The notes below the pieces were generated by a model, which ran no database searches, was not told where the DNA came from, and was given only the letters and a program-made list of their open reading frames with translations. Both the position numbers and the translations under genes were made by a program. From positions 320,001 through 384,000 of the forward strand of contig JBHLNF010000001.1 of the NCBI GenBank assembly GCA_048937405.1: 64,000 nt of DNA. The letters run 5' to 3'. The stretch comes from Promethearchaeota archaeon (GTDB lineage: Archaea > Asgardarchaeota > Lokiarchaeia > Sigyniarchaeales > SOKP01). Positions 21,932-31,495 of the stretch are shown piece by piece. Positions within the stretch are counted from its first letter, which is position 1, and each line of letters begins with the position of its first letter.

Positions 21932-22162
21932 CTAAGAGATAATTGTTACATAGAGATCCACTTGAATGTTCATACTCCACTCTTTTTTGCAGTTTGAACA
22001 AAACACTAAAAATTTTGTAATCTCATGTATATTGTAAATATCCAAGTCGTCGCTAATGAGCGCTTCACTTTCTTCTTGACAATCAGGACAAGTCCAAGAT
22101 ATTGTATATGGTGTTTCTAATTTACATCCCTCAATAAAGGTATTCTTATAATCTGAGTACAT
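21932..22162 (-). CDS. Small zinc-ribbon protein
   Basis: CPDC...CSNC; stop codon abuts the IS right end. Confidence 0.6.
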   Translation of the reverse strand: MYSDYKNTFIEGCKLETPYTISWTCPDCQEESEALISDDLDIYNIHEITKFLVFCSNCKKEWSMNIQVDLYVTIIS

Positions 22163-22230
22163 CTTTACTCTTGCTTTAAGTTGGTTTCTAATCTGTATTT
22201 TTAATCCCTCTTATGTATTTTTTAAATCTA

Positions 22231-23472
22231 TCATAAATTTCTTTTCTCAGCTTTCATACGCTTTAGTTCTGCTTCAATCTCTTCGTCTGAAGTAAAAGTA
22301 CCCAGAATTCCTATATCAGTGATCTGTGTTGTTTCGAAATCAACACATTTGAATTTGTTATCAAATCTATTAACTAATACATTTAATAGTTTGACCTTGT
22401 TTCCCTCTCTAAAAACATCATTGAACTTATTAATATCCTCATCAAAAATGGTTACGGTCATAACTCCTGTGTCGTCTCTAATATCAATTTGTTGGAATAA
22501 TTCCTTTCCGTAAATGTCACACTCTCCCATATCGCCCCGTTTAACCACGATTCCTTCAATATGTGTTAACCAGTTAGAATAACGATACTTCTTTATCGCT
22601 TCAATGTTAGGGAGATCTACAATATCGTAATCATACTTCTTTATTTCCGTTCCCATCGTGCTTTCAAGTGTTGCTTGTTTTTTCCATTTTTTTCGCTTCA
22701 AGTTTGTTATTGTCACGATATCTCCTAATGTGAATGATTCTGTTAACCCTACTTTCTTATTCCAAAAGGTAACCTTAATAATTCCCGTGCTATCTGCAAT
22801 AATTACAATTCTCATTTGTCCCTTCAAGCCATCCTTTCTTTCAAACACCTTGATATCTTTTATATCCATTATACATACGGAAACAGTAACTAAATCGTTG
22901 TGATATTCCGTTTCTTCACCCGATTCAATGTGCCACACTTGAAATTCTTTTTGTTGGTAAATGGGATAATCCTTCTCCTTCATAACACTTAGATTTATTT
23001 GTATATCCCCATCATGTTCCAATTGTAATGACATCTCTTCATTTTTCCTACTTTTTACATTACATCCATTTATTTTAATGAGTAGATTGGGTCTTAAATT
23101 TCTCATTATCTCTGTTTGTTCGTTCCATAATACCACTTTCACACAACCTGTCTTGTCAAATATTGTGAATGTTCCTATCTTTCCCATCCATAAATCCCTC
23201 TTAAAGGAATTTAGTCTATGCAGAAAGCGTATTCTCCCCACAACAGTTATATCTTTCATTCCTAAAGTTAGTGAACTGATTTCCGTAATTTTTTTTGAAT
23301 TACTATGTGATATCCCAAACTCCCTTGCCAAGAGGAGTAACGAGGCTTTTGCTGATATTAGTCCTTTCAATTCTTCTTGTTTTTCTTTCACTTTTTCCCT
23401 TATTTCTGACAGACTAAGCCCCGTCTTGTATATAATCAAAGATTCCAAATTTTTATACTCCTTTTCTTTCAT
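22231..23472 (-). CDS. Replication protein A-like ssDNA-binding protein (three OB folds)
   Basis: N-terminal GLIS.KASLLLLAREFGI plus three D.TG...V..W/F OB-fold motifs. Confidence 0.88.
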   Translation of the reverse strand: MKEKEYKNLESLIIYKTGLSLSEIREKVKEKQEELKGLISAKASLLLLAREFGISHSNSKKITEISSLTLGMKDITVVGRIRFLHRLNSFKRDLWMGKIGTFTIFDKTGCVKVVLWNEQTEIMRNLRPNLLIKINGCNVKSRKNEEMSLQLEHDGDIQINLSVMKEKDYPIYQQKEFQVWHIESGEETEYHNDLVTVSVCIMDIKDIKVFERKDGLKGQMRIVIIADSTGIIKVTFWNKKVGLTESFTLGDIVTITNLKRKKWKKQATLESTMGTEIKKYDYDIVDLPNIEAIKKYRYSNWLTHIEGIVVKRGDMGECDIYGKELFQQIDIRDDTGVMTVTIFDEDINKFNDVFREGNKVKLLNVLVNRFDNKFKCVDFETTQITDIGILGTFTSDEEIEAELKRMKAEKRNL

Positions 23473-23533
23473 ACTCTTCTCCTAAATTTTTTTATAACTG
23501 AAATGTAACAATCAATTCTTATTTCTGCATTCT

Positions 23534-23878
23534 TTACACCTCAGCAAGATAATCAAAAGAATCAAGGATTTTATCTAATTTATTGAAAAATTTTTTTTTA
23601 AAATAGAAACGTGGCTTCTTGAATGCACATATCGAATGGAGTGTTATAAATTGAGTTCTTTCTGTTTTCCTATATAAGCGAAAACTGATAAAAAAAGTCA
23701 TTTCAGCGAGTTTATTGCATATTGGACATGTAGGGGAATTTATATAATTTCTTTTGTCTAAAACCACTTTTAATGTTTTTTTTCTTAGTAACATCTTGAA
23801 ATCATACCATCCTCCTTCTTTATTTTTACAAATACAGTTTCTCTTATTTTTCCTTATTTCTTCGCTGTTTGTGTTCAT
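23534..23878 (-). CDS. Hypothetical small zinc-binding protein
   Basis: CPIC...HSIC; co-oriented within the operon. Confidence 0.5.
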   Translation of the reverse strand: MNTNSEEIRKNKRNCICKNKEGGWYDFKMLLRKKTLKVVLDKRNYINSPTCPICNKLAEMTFFISFRLYRKTERTQFITLHSICAFKKPRFYFKKKFFNKLDKILDSFDYLAEV

Positions 23879-24800
23879 AAATCTCTTTCGATTTCTTAGT
23901 TTTTGCTATATTTTCCAAATCTGTACTTTGCATGTAAAAAATATCTTGAATTCCTAATTTGACACACTCTTTAGTAATTTTAGAAAGATTCTGTAATTCT
24001 GCAATTTTCCCTGCTTTCCACAGTAAATTCAAACCATATCTAATATCTTTTTTTCTATATGTTTCGTCGGAAATCAATCTAATTACGTCATTCGAGATTG
24101 CATCTTTTTTAAAGCTGAGTTCTGCCCTAAACTTTAAGATATCAAAAACCTGCTTTTTAGAATAATCACTAAAATTTATAATATTTCTTTGAAGTGTGCT
24201 TATTGTTCCTGAATCTAAATCATCTATACATGAGATATTTTGAGTAATTCCTATAATGGATATATGAGAGGGTTTATTGAAAGAATCGTCATTTAACCGA
24301 GTTAAAGAATGAAGAATATCTTTATTATTCTTAATGAGATGGTTGAACTCATCTAAAATAATGAGTAAATAAACATTATCTAACTCTGTAAACTCTCTTA
24401 GGAGATCTAAAAGTTCTGATGGGGCATAGCCCCTTTTAGTAAATTTTGGGTTAATTGAGGAAAGAATTGTCATTAATATTTTATAACCTGATTTTTTAAC
24501 CCGACAATTGATAAAAACAGAGTAAAGAAATCTCTCTCTCTTCTCTGCTTCTTTCCTAAGAAGACTTATAAAAAATTTTACCGTTGCCGTTTTACCCGTC
24601 CCAGAATTGCCTGTGATTAAGATATTTTTTGAAATCGCATTTCGATGTAATAAAATAGGTAAAAAATATTGTGCAAGAATAGATAATCCTTTTTCTCGAT
24701 AAGGAAGTTTATGAGGAACATAATCATTTTCTAATTTACTTTCATCCACGAAAATTGAATACTTATCATCATTATCTAATAAATTTGAGAATAGATCCAC
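23844..24800 (-). CDS. cdc6: Orc1/Cdc6-family AAA+ protein, apparently lacking the C-terminal winged helix
   Basis: YVPHKLPYRE, GNSGTGKT, INCR, IILDEF, DIRYGLNLL; only 318 aa. Confidence 0.85.
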   Translation of the reverse strand: MDLFSNLLDNDDKYSIFVDESKLENDYVPHKLPYREKGLSILAQYFLPILLHRNAISKNILITGNSGTGKTATVKFFISLLRKEAEKRERFLYSVFINCRVKKSGYKILMTILSSINPKFTKRGYAPSELLDLLREFTELDNVYLLIILDEFNHLIKNNKDILHSLTRLNDDSFNKPSHISIIGITQNISCIDDLDSGTISTLQRNIINFSDYSKKQVFDILKFRAELSFKKDAISNDVIRLISDETYRKKDIRYGLNLLWKAGKIAELQNLSKITKECVKLGIQDIFYMQSTDLENIAKTKKSKEIYEHKQRRNKEK

Positions 24801-25017
24801 TTTTTACAGCCCTCATTTAATAGTAGTTTTAACAATTTCTCTTCCTTTTTTTGAAACAAAAGCATTTGTCATTCCACTTAAACTTTCTATTTTTTAAAAT
24901 GACAATTTAAGAAAGTGAGAGAAAGGCAACATAGTAGAAATGACTAAAGCATAAGGGAAGTATTAGGATTTCTTTTCACGTCCCTTTCTCTCATGTTTTT
25001 TTCCCTTTCCCTGTTTT

Positions 25018-25389
25018 TCATAGTAGACTTATTGATTTAATCTTTTTTCCTCCCAATTCTAAAGTAATAATAGTAATCCTTTCCATCAAGTTCAATTCGA
25101 TATAATTCTTTTTTTTTTCTAAATCATCGCATATACTTTTTATAGCTGGATAATAATCAATGCTTTTATCAAAAGGAAATAACTGATGAATCGGATCTAA
25201 GGTTATTTTATAAATGTCCTCAATTGTATAGGCGAATTCATTGTTCTTTCTAATAAAATTGCTAATTATGTCTCTTTTCATTACGAATTCAAAACTCTCA
25301 AATAAAAGATCGAAGAATTTTTGCTCACTCATTATATTATCGTCCTTAATTTCGTTCATGAAGGTTCTCATCTGCCTTATTTTTTCCAA
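25018..25389 (-). CDS. Hypothetical protein
   Basis: 123 aa ORF co-oriented between radA and cdc6. Confidence 0.4.
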   Translation of the reverse strand: MEKIRQMRTFMNEIKDDNIMSEQKFFDLLFESFEFVMKRDIISNFIRKNNEFAYTIEDIYKITLDPIHQLFPFDKSIDYYPAIKSICDDLEKKKNYIELNLMERITIITLELGGKKIKSISLL

Positions 25390-25582
25390 ATCTTTTATTC
25401 CACATCATACCACAAAAAAAACCTAGAGTGAAATGTTTTAGTAATTCCTTATCTTTCGGTTTCAATTGGGATTCTCCTTGATCTGAGCCGTCTATGATTT
25501 TTCTCATCTCTTCTTCAAAATCCAATTCTTTTCCCATAACCCAATCACTTAAAATCTATTTTTCATTTTTCAATTTTTTAAA

Positions 25583-26662
25583 TTAAAAGACTAATTTTTC
25601 TGTTTCCTCATCTTCAAATATTTCCTTAGTTGTTTCAATATATTCATCTGTAATCCCTTTTCGATTGATATAAAAGCTTACTTCCCTTTCGGGAAGCCCT
25701 GAGTCTTTTAACATCTTTGCATATCGTTTTGTAGGTTGCTTACCTCTACGAAGGTAAATTCGATATGGTGTATAATGAGCCATTACATTTCCTCCTGACC
25801 ACTTGATTTGATTTTTCAATGAACCATTCCCATAACTTCCTACTTGATTTGTATAGATAACCATAACATCAAACAATAGGGTAAGCTTCTTCAGAGATTC
25901 AATCATGTGAGCTAAAATTTGCTGTCTTTTGATATTGTCCCTTGTTCCTTTTATATATTCCGCTCTGAACTTTGCGATAATACTATCTACAATAATTAAT
26001 TTGACTGGTTTTGTTCTAAACTCATCATAGATGAATTCATTAATAATTAATTCCTGTTGGAATGAGTTTAACGGTTTGATAACTTCAATTCGCTCTAAAA
26101 CTTTATTCCCATCGATACCATTTTCCTTTGCAATTTGAAGTATCCTTTCTGGTCTAAATCCTAGTTCAGTATCTATATAAATTACATCCCCGTCTAATCC
26201 ACCTTTCTCTATAGGTTGTGTGGCATACACACATAATGTATGAGCAATCTGAGTTTTTCCTGATGTACTTTTCCCAAAAAACTCAACTACACTATTTTTA
26301 TGAATTCCTCCTACTAGTTTTCCTTTTCGTTGGTCATAATTTAGAAATAAGGAATTTAACCGTTTGCTTCCCGTAGTGAGTCTGCAAACTTCATTTCTAT
26401 TCTTGTTTGTAGTAGTAGCTTTTTCCCGAAAACTAATTCTTACATTTAAAGCATCATATACCTCCTCAACTAATAATCTAGCATCTAATTCTGATATACG
26501 GAGTATAGCCATAAGCTGAGATACTTTTATCATAGAAAGTTGTTCTACTGTCTCAATTCCTGCTTTTTTTAACTTAGTTTTCTTGTCGTTAGAAATTTTT
26601 AGCTGAGTGATTTTTATAGATTTTACAATTTCTACATTTTGATTCTGTTCACCTTGAGTCAT
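25583..26662 (-). CDS. radA: RadA/Rad51-family recombinase
   Basis: N-terminal HhH (KLKKAGIETVE), LTTGS, FGKSTSGKTQ, YIDTE..FRPERI, LIIVDS, RQQ, TNQV, GGNVMAH. Confidence 0.92.
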   Translation of the reverse strand: MTQGEQNQNVEIVKSIKITQLKISNDKKTKLKKAGIETVEQLSMIKVSQLMAILRISELDARLLVEEVYDALNVRISFREKATTTNKNRNEVCRLTTGSKRLNSLFLNYDQRKGKLVGGIHKNSVVEFFGKSTSGKTQIAHTLCVYATQPIEKGGLDGDVIYIDTELGFRPERILQIAKENGIDGNKVLERIEVIKPLNSFQQELIINEFIYDEFRTKPVKLIIVDSIIAKFRAEYIKGTRDNIKRQQILAHMIESLKKLTLLFDVMVIYTNQVGSYGNGSLKNQIKWSGGNVMAHYTPYRIYLRRGKQPTKRYAKMLKDSGLPEREVSFYINRKGITDEYIETTKEIFEDEETEKLVF

Positions 26663-27119
26663 TTTTAAGACCTTATCCTGTTTTCTCTTTTTTAAATTAT
26701 CATTTAAATCTGCCGACAAAAAATTTGTCAATGTAATAATTACAGATATATTAATATTTAAATGTTTTACTTTTGTGTTGATTTATAATGAATAATTATT
26801 TTACTATCGTGTTAAATATTGATAAACTTATAATTATATAAATAAAACTAAAAAATTATAGTTCTTTTATTTATATTTCTATAATATTTTAATAATAAAA
26901 TTAATTAAAAAATGAGAAAAATTATGTTATTTAATATAAATCAATGTTCTATATTCCATTATTATATTTATATGTTTAAGAAAATGCTCTAAATATAATT
27001 AAAAATATTCAAAAATTCTGTAATTTACCTATAAATCAAATATTTTTAAAATAAAATATTATTATATTATCCTACTTTAATATTAATAATATTTACGAAA
27101 AAAATGGTAATATGTAAAA

Positions 27120-27401
27120 ATGAAAGATGTAGTTTCTTTAACATTTAGCGGAAAAACATTAGGATTCCCTATTCAAAGTGGATTTTTAGAAGAATTAGGA
27201 TTGAAGCGTGGTAATTGGGTTGAAGTAGAAATTTTCATTCCATATCAAGGAAAATCCTCATTTATAATTACTCGAAGGTTAAAACCTATTGGAAGTTCAC
27301 TAGGAGTAACTATTCGTAAATATATAGTTGATGAATTAGAGCTTAGTAAGGGAACCAATTTTCAAATAGATGTTAGAAAACCAAAAACTCCTTCAGTTTA
27401 A
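27120..27401 (+). CDS. Duplicated AbrB/SpoVT-type DNA-binding protein
   Basis: Two G.S/TLG..I......LGL..G repeats; divergent from the radA operon. Confidence 0.75.
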   Translation: MKDVVSLTFSGKTLGFPIQSGFLEELGLKRGNWVEVEIFIPYQGKSSFIITRRLKPIGSSLGVTIRKYIVDELELSKGTNFQIDVRKPKTPSV

Positions 27402-27699
27402 TATTTTTCTACTTTATTTTTTGAAATTTTATTGATTAATTTTCCACAATCTATTAAATAATTTAATCTCATTCTTTTGATAAAAGACGACTCCTACTAC
27501 ACGACCTAAAAAAAGGTCAAAAGGTTAATAGGACGAAGGGGAGACGTTATAGTTTATTAAAATAAACTATAAAAAGACAAAAATCCAGTTTAGTAGTAGG
27601 AGTCATGATTATTGGAAATTTCTAATTCTTGCCAAGTTTTAAACAAACAATAGTGCTAATAAATATTTCTATTGTGATAATGATTGATGTTTCATAATC

Positions 27700-27912
27700 T
27701 CAATTTTTAACCGTCAAAAGTTCTTTAATTTCTTTTATAATAATATATGCTACAATCACCAAAACCAAAAGGAGTGCTGATGTTGCAACATTAGATATTA
27801 TAAAAATTACTCCACTCATACCTGTAAAAATTAGTAACATTGTATTTTCTAAGACAACCAAAATCGAAATAAATATAAAAATTCCATAAGTAGTGCTTTT
27901 CCATTCTTTCAT
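27700..27912 (-). CDS. Small two-TM membrane protein
   Basis: 70 aa with two hydrophobic segments. Confidence 0.6.
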   Translation of the reverse strand: MKEWKSTTYGIFIFISILVVLENTMLLIFTGMSGVIFIISNVATSALLLVLVIVAYIIIKEIKELLTVKN

Positions 27913-28037
27913 TTTTCTATTCTTATCCTATAATACTTTTGATTGTACATTTTTTTTCAGATTAAATAAAATAAACTCCACTATTATGCAATTTCTTATG
28001 AACCTTAGCTTGATTTTTATGTCTTCTCAATTTCAAT

Positions 28038-28670
28038 TCAAATAAAACATTTCATAAACGTTGTAAAACCAAACAAAAGACAATCAATAACTCCCGCAAT
28101 GAACAGTTTAAAACTCGTTGTATGAGTTTTATTAGCATACATAATCATGAATCTTAATCCCATAATTATCCCTGCGAAACCAGTAAAAGATGTTAAAGCG
28201 AAACAATAATAGATCGATTTTTCATAAGGATATACTGCCAAATCTGGATCTTGAAACCTTGCCATAAATTCTTCTGGGATAAATCCCGCAAAGTTGATGA
28301 AGTCATATAAAAATGCGTCTGGAATTGGATCTAAGACAAACATCAATACATGTACTAAATATCCTAGAAGAATTCCCGTTGCTAACGCAAAATAAAATAC
28401 TCCTAATATTAAGTGAGTTTCTTTTGACTTGCCTAATTGTAATTTCTGCTCTTCGTCCATATCGTACTCTTTCATTTTCATTCCTCTGGAAAAACCCCTA
28501 TATCGTCGTAATGTTAAATATCCGATTGCATAGAGCAAAAAAATAAGGATATATTTTAAGAGGAGAAATAAGGTTTCCATTACTGTATTAAAAATGACAA
28601 AAAAGTTTAGAAACCTGTCAAGAATATCATCCATCCCGTCATTAATACTAAGAATTTGCGATATACTCAA
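28038..28670 (-). CDS. Multi-pass membrane protein
   Basis: About 4 hydrophobic segments; in operon with the ATPase. Confidence 0.7.
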   Translation of the reverse strand: MSISQILSINDGMDDILDRFLNFFVIFNTVMETLFLLLKYILIFLLYAIGYLTLRRYRGFSRGMKMKEYDMDEEQKLQLGKSKETHLILGVFYFALATGILLGYLVHVLMFVLDPIPDAFLYDFINFAGFIPEEFMARFQDPDLAVYPYEKSIYYCFALTSFTGFAGIIMGLRFMIMYANKTHTTSFKLFIAGVIDCLLFGFTTFMKCFI

Positions 28671-28687
28671 TTTTTTCTCCCTTTATT

Positions 28688-29002
28688 TTAAAATTTTCTT
28701 TTTATTTTTTTGTGCTTTTCATTTGCGTTTTTTATAGGTAAGTTCTTAGAGTTATCCTTTTTTTGAACATTCTCTTGAATTCCCATATTTTTTGCTCGTT
28801 TCTTCCGTTTTTCTTGCTCTTTGTATATCTTTTCACAAATTTTTTTCAATTTCTCGAATGCCTTTACTTCTTCTTTTGATTTAAAGAATGAGTCCTCTAC
28901 CTCTAATTCATTTTCATTATTGTGTAATTCCTCTGAATCCTCTAATATACCCTTATATGATTTTTTCTTATTATTTCTTTCAATTCGTTTACTTTTTCCC
29001 AT
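28688..29002 (-). CDS. Charged hypothetical protein
   Basis: 104 aa ORF with GAGG RBS, between the ATPase and the TM gene. Confidence 0.55.
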   Translation of the reverse strand: MGKSKRIERNNKKKSYKGILEDSEELHNNENELEVEDSFFKSKEEVKAFEKLKKICEKIYKEQEKRKKRAKNMGIQENVQKKDNSKNLPIKNANEKHKKIKRKF

Positions 29003-29033
29003 TTTTTTATTTCTAACCTCATAATTTTTTTAT

Positions 29034-30716
29034 TTATATTCTATTTATAATGGTATTGCACACATCACAACGAATAAGATCTCCAATTATCTCATTTCCG
29101 CAAAAATGACAATACTTCCCAGTATCTTCTGTTATATTTTGGGTTTCTGGTTTTTCTGGTTCATGGTCTACTATTTCAATTATATTTTCCTGACTAGTCC
29201 TATTTTGTATTCTATCTAATATTTTTTTATTATTTTGCTCAATTTCTTCTTCTGCTAACCATTCTCGTTTTATAAACGGTACTTTTAACGCAAATGGTTT
29301 TCCTATTGAATTTACTCGTATCATGCATTTACCTACACCTAATAAAGATAAAAATTTCCTCTCTTTATCTTCAAAATTTAGTAGATCCTGTAAATAGTCT
29401 TTTTGCATGTGATTTTGAAAGGACACTAAAATTCCGCAATTTGCAAGAATCTCAGGTGATACCGCAGGACGTGTCGCTAAAGAGATTAAGCATTCTCCCG
29501 TACCTCTTAAAAGTAATGCAATATCTTCTATGTAAGAAGAGATTGTGGATCGTTGTGTGGTTGACTGCGATGCAAAATACTGGGCATCTTCTATTATTGT
29601 AATATGTCTAATTCCTTTGTATTCTTTACTTCCCATTTCGATATTTATATCCCATAAATACTTGAAAAGCATATTTAAGAAAAATAGGGTATCTTCTTTT
29701 TCCCCTCCAATTTTTATAATTCCACTCACATCAAGTAAGATATTGTGCTTAAAAATTTCTTTTACATCTAATCCCATCTTCGTCTCAAAACTGTGCTTTA
29801 GTGTACCTAAGCTGTACCGTCGTATTCTATTGGTTACTGCGGTTACACTACTTTTAAAGGTAGGATCTCTAGTTTCAGCATAGATTTCTTCGTAATATTT
29901 CTCTGAATCTTCATAAAAAGCTTTCCAATTTCTCTTTACGGGATCGTCACAAACTCTTTTTAATATATCTGTAAAAACCCTTTCCATTTGAGGAGTATAT
30001 TCAACACCTTCAAATAACCCTCCACTTCTGAAAATTTGGAATACCCGTTCTGCATGTACTTCACTATCTTGTCCTTCAGGATCGAAAATATTAATGGCAA
30101 AATTTTTTCCAACTATAAACACCAGTAAGTTAGGAATTTTCTTTTGTAAATAATGATATTCTCCTTTAAATTCTGCCAATAGAAACGGTGTAGTATACTT
30201 TTTGGTATAATTGATTAGGAAATTTTGGAAAAAATTACTTTTTCCTGAACCTGTAATTCCAGTTATAAACATGTGACGGGCGAGGTCTTGTAATCTGATA
30301 TGATAACTATATTTCTTTTTATTTCCGTATAATACCGTTCCTACATTGATTTCTCCTTTTTTTGCCAAATTCTTTGTTGGATAACTTAATTTAATTAGTT
30401 CTTCTTTTTTCACATATTTGAAGGATTTTACGCTTATTACTAGCGAAATCCAAAAGATTGTTTGATTTAGGGTTATTAACGATAGTAGAAGATCATGCTT
30501 AAGGTATTCTGAATTAATATAAAACTCTAAATTCGAAAGATAATAGATTAAAAGTAGTACAATAAATAAAATGAATATTATATTAAAGATCCTATTTGAG
30601 ATTGTATTTCTTTTTCTAATAATGGTATTTTTAAACGTTCTTTTTCTAAAAAAATACCCAACTATAGAAAAAAAAATAAATCCTATACATAAAATAAATT
30701 CTATAACCAATGACAT
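29034..30716 (-). CDS. Membrane-anchored HerA/VirB4/FtsK-like ATPase (DUF87 type)
   Basis: 3 N-terminal TMs, RHMFITGITGSGKS, EFKGEY, IIEDAQ, LRGTG, C-terminal CHFC..CDVC. Confidence 0.85.
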   Translation of the reverse strand: MSLVIEFILCIGFIFFSIVGYFFRKRTFKNTIIRKRNTISNRIFNIIFILFIVLLLIYYLSNLEFYINSEYLKHDLLLSLITLNQTIFWISLVISVKSFKYVKKEELIKLSYPTKNLAKKGEINVGTVLYGNKKKYSYHIRLQDLARHMFITGITGSGKSNFFQNFLINYTKKYTTPFLLAEFKGEYHYLQKKIPNLLVFIVGKNFAINIFDPEGQDSEVHAERVFQIFRSGGLFEGVEYTPQMERVFTDILKRVCDDPVKRNWKAFYEDSEKYYEEIYAETRDPTFKSSVTAVTNRIRRYSLGTLKHSFETKMGLDVKEIFKHNILLDVSGIIKIGGEKEDTLFFLNMLFKYLWDINIEMGSKEYKGIRHITIIEDAQYFASQSTTQRSTISSYIEDIALLLRGTGECLISLATRPAVSPEILANCGILVSFQNHMQKDYLQDLLNFEDKERKFLSLLGVGKCMIRVNSIGKPFALKVPFIKREWLAEEEIEQNNKKILDRIQNRTSQENIIEIVDHEPEKPETQNITEDTGKYCHFCGNEIIGDLIRCDVCNTIINRI

Positions 30717-31032
30717 GATATTTTCTCTTATTTTTAAATTGAATTCTCTATTTATAATAAAATAAATTTCTGGTTGTGTGAGATCCTCTATACGTGAGAG
30801 TTTTTTAGGGTAAAAATTTCTTATTCATTTGCAGGGAATTTAGAAATCAATATAATTTATCAAGTCTTAAATTTTACTTTGCTTTTTAGTCATTTCTTTA
30901 CTCTCGCAAATTATATTCATATTTTCTATTTTTTGAACTGCTTACTTATTTTTCGGTAGATTTTTTTCGTAAATGAATTAAAATAAAAAAAAGGGTATTA
31001 GGATATCTGAAATTTGGGGTTTTATTTCAGAT

Positions 31033-31215
31033 TTAGGTAAACAAATATGCTTCTTCTTTAGAATGCGGTAAGCTAAGAATTCCAACATCATCAATCTCAA
31101 CATCACCACACCTAAGACATTCCCATAAATATACAACTACATTAACCAGTCTAATTATATGTAATCGTGATTCCCCTGTACATTTTTTACATGTTTTATA
31201 TATTACCATGTGCAT
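31033..31215 (-). CDS. Small zinc-ribbon protein (paralog of 34937-35155)
   Basis: CKKC...WECLRCG. Confidence 0.65.
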   Translation of the reverse strand: MHMVIYKTCKKCTGESRLHIIRLVNVVVYLWECLRCGDVEIDDVGILSLPHSKEEAYLFT

Positions 31216-31423
31216 TACTTCTGTTTTTTTGTGAATTGTCTTCTAAATTGTTATATCGTATATCGTTTGAAATCAGTTCTACACATTCAACAAATTCCTT
31301 AAAATTATCAGGAGTATCTTCTATCACTTTCTTGGTGGCGATTAAAATTCTCCATAGATTACTTTTCTCTGTGGTTTGTAGAAACATATTATCTAATTCT
31401 TCTAAATATAACTGATTGAACAT
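31196..31423 (-). CDS. Hypothetical protein
   Basis: 75 aa ORF preceded by AGGTGA. Confidence 0.5.
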   Translation of the reverse strand: MFNQLYLEELDNMFLQTTEKSNLWRILIATKKVIEDTPDNFKEFVECVELISNDIRYNNLEDNSQKNRSNAHGNI

Positions 31424-31495
31424 TTAAATAGGTCACCTTTTTGGATTATTTTAGTAGGCTAAACGGGAAAAATAGGAAAAAGAAATTTAGTTAAT

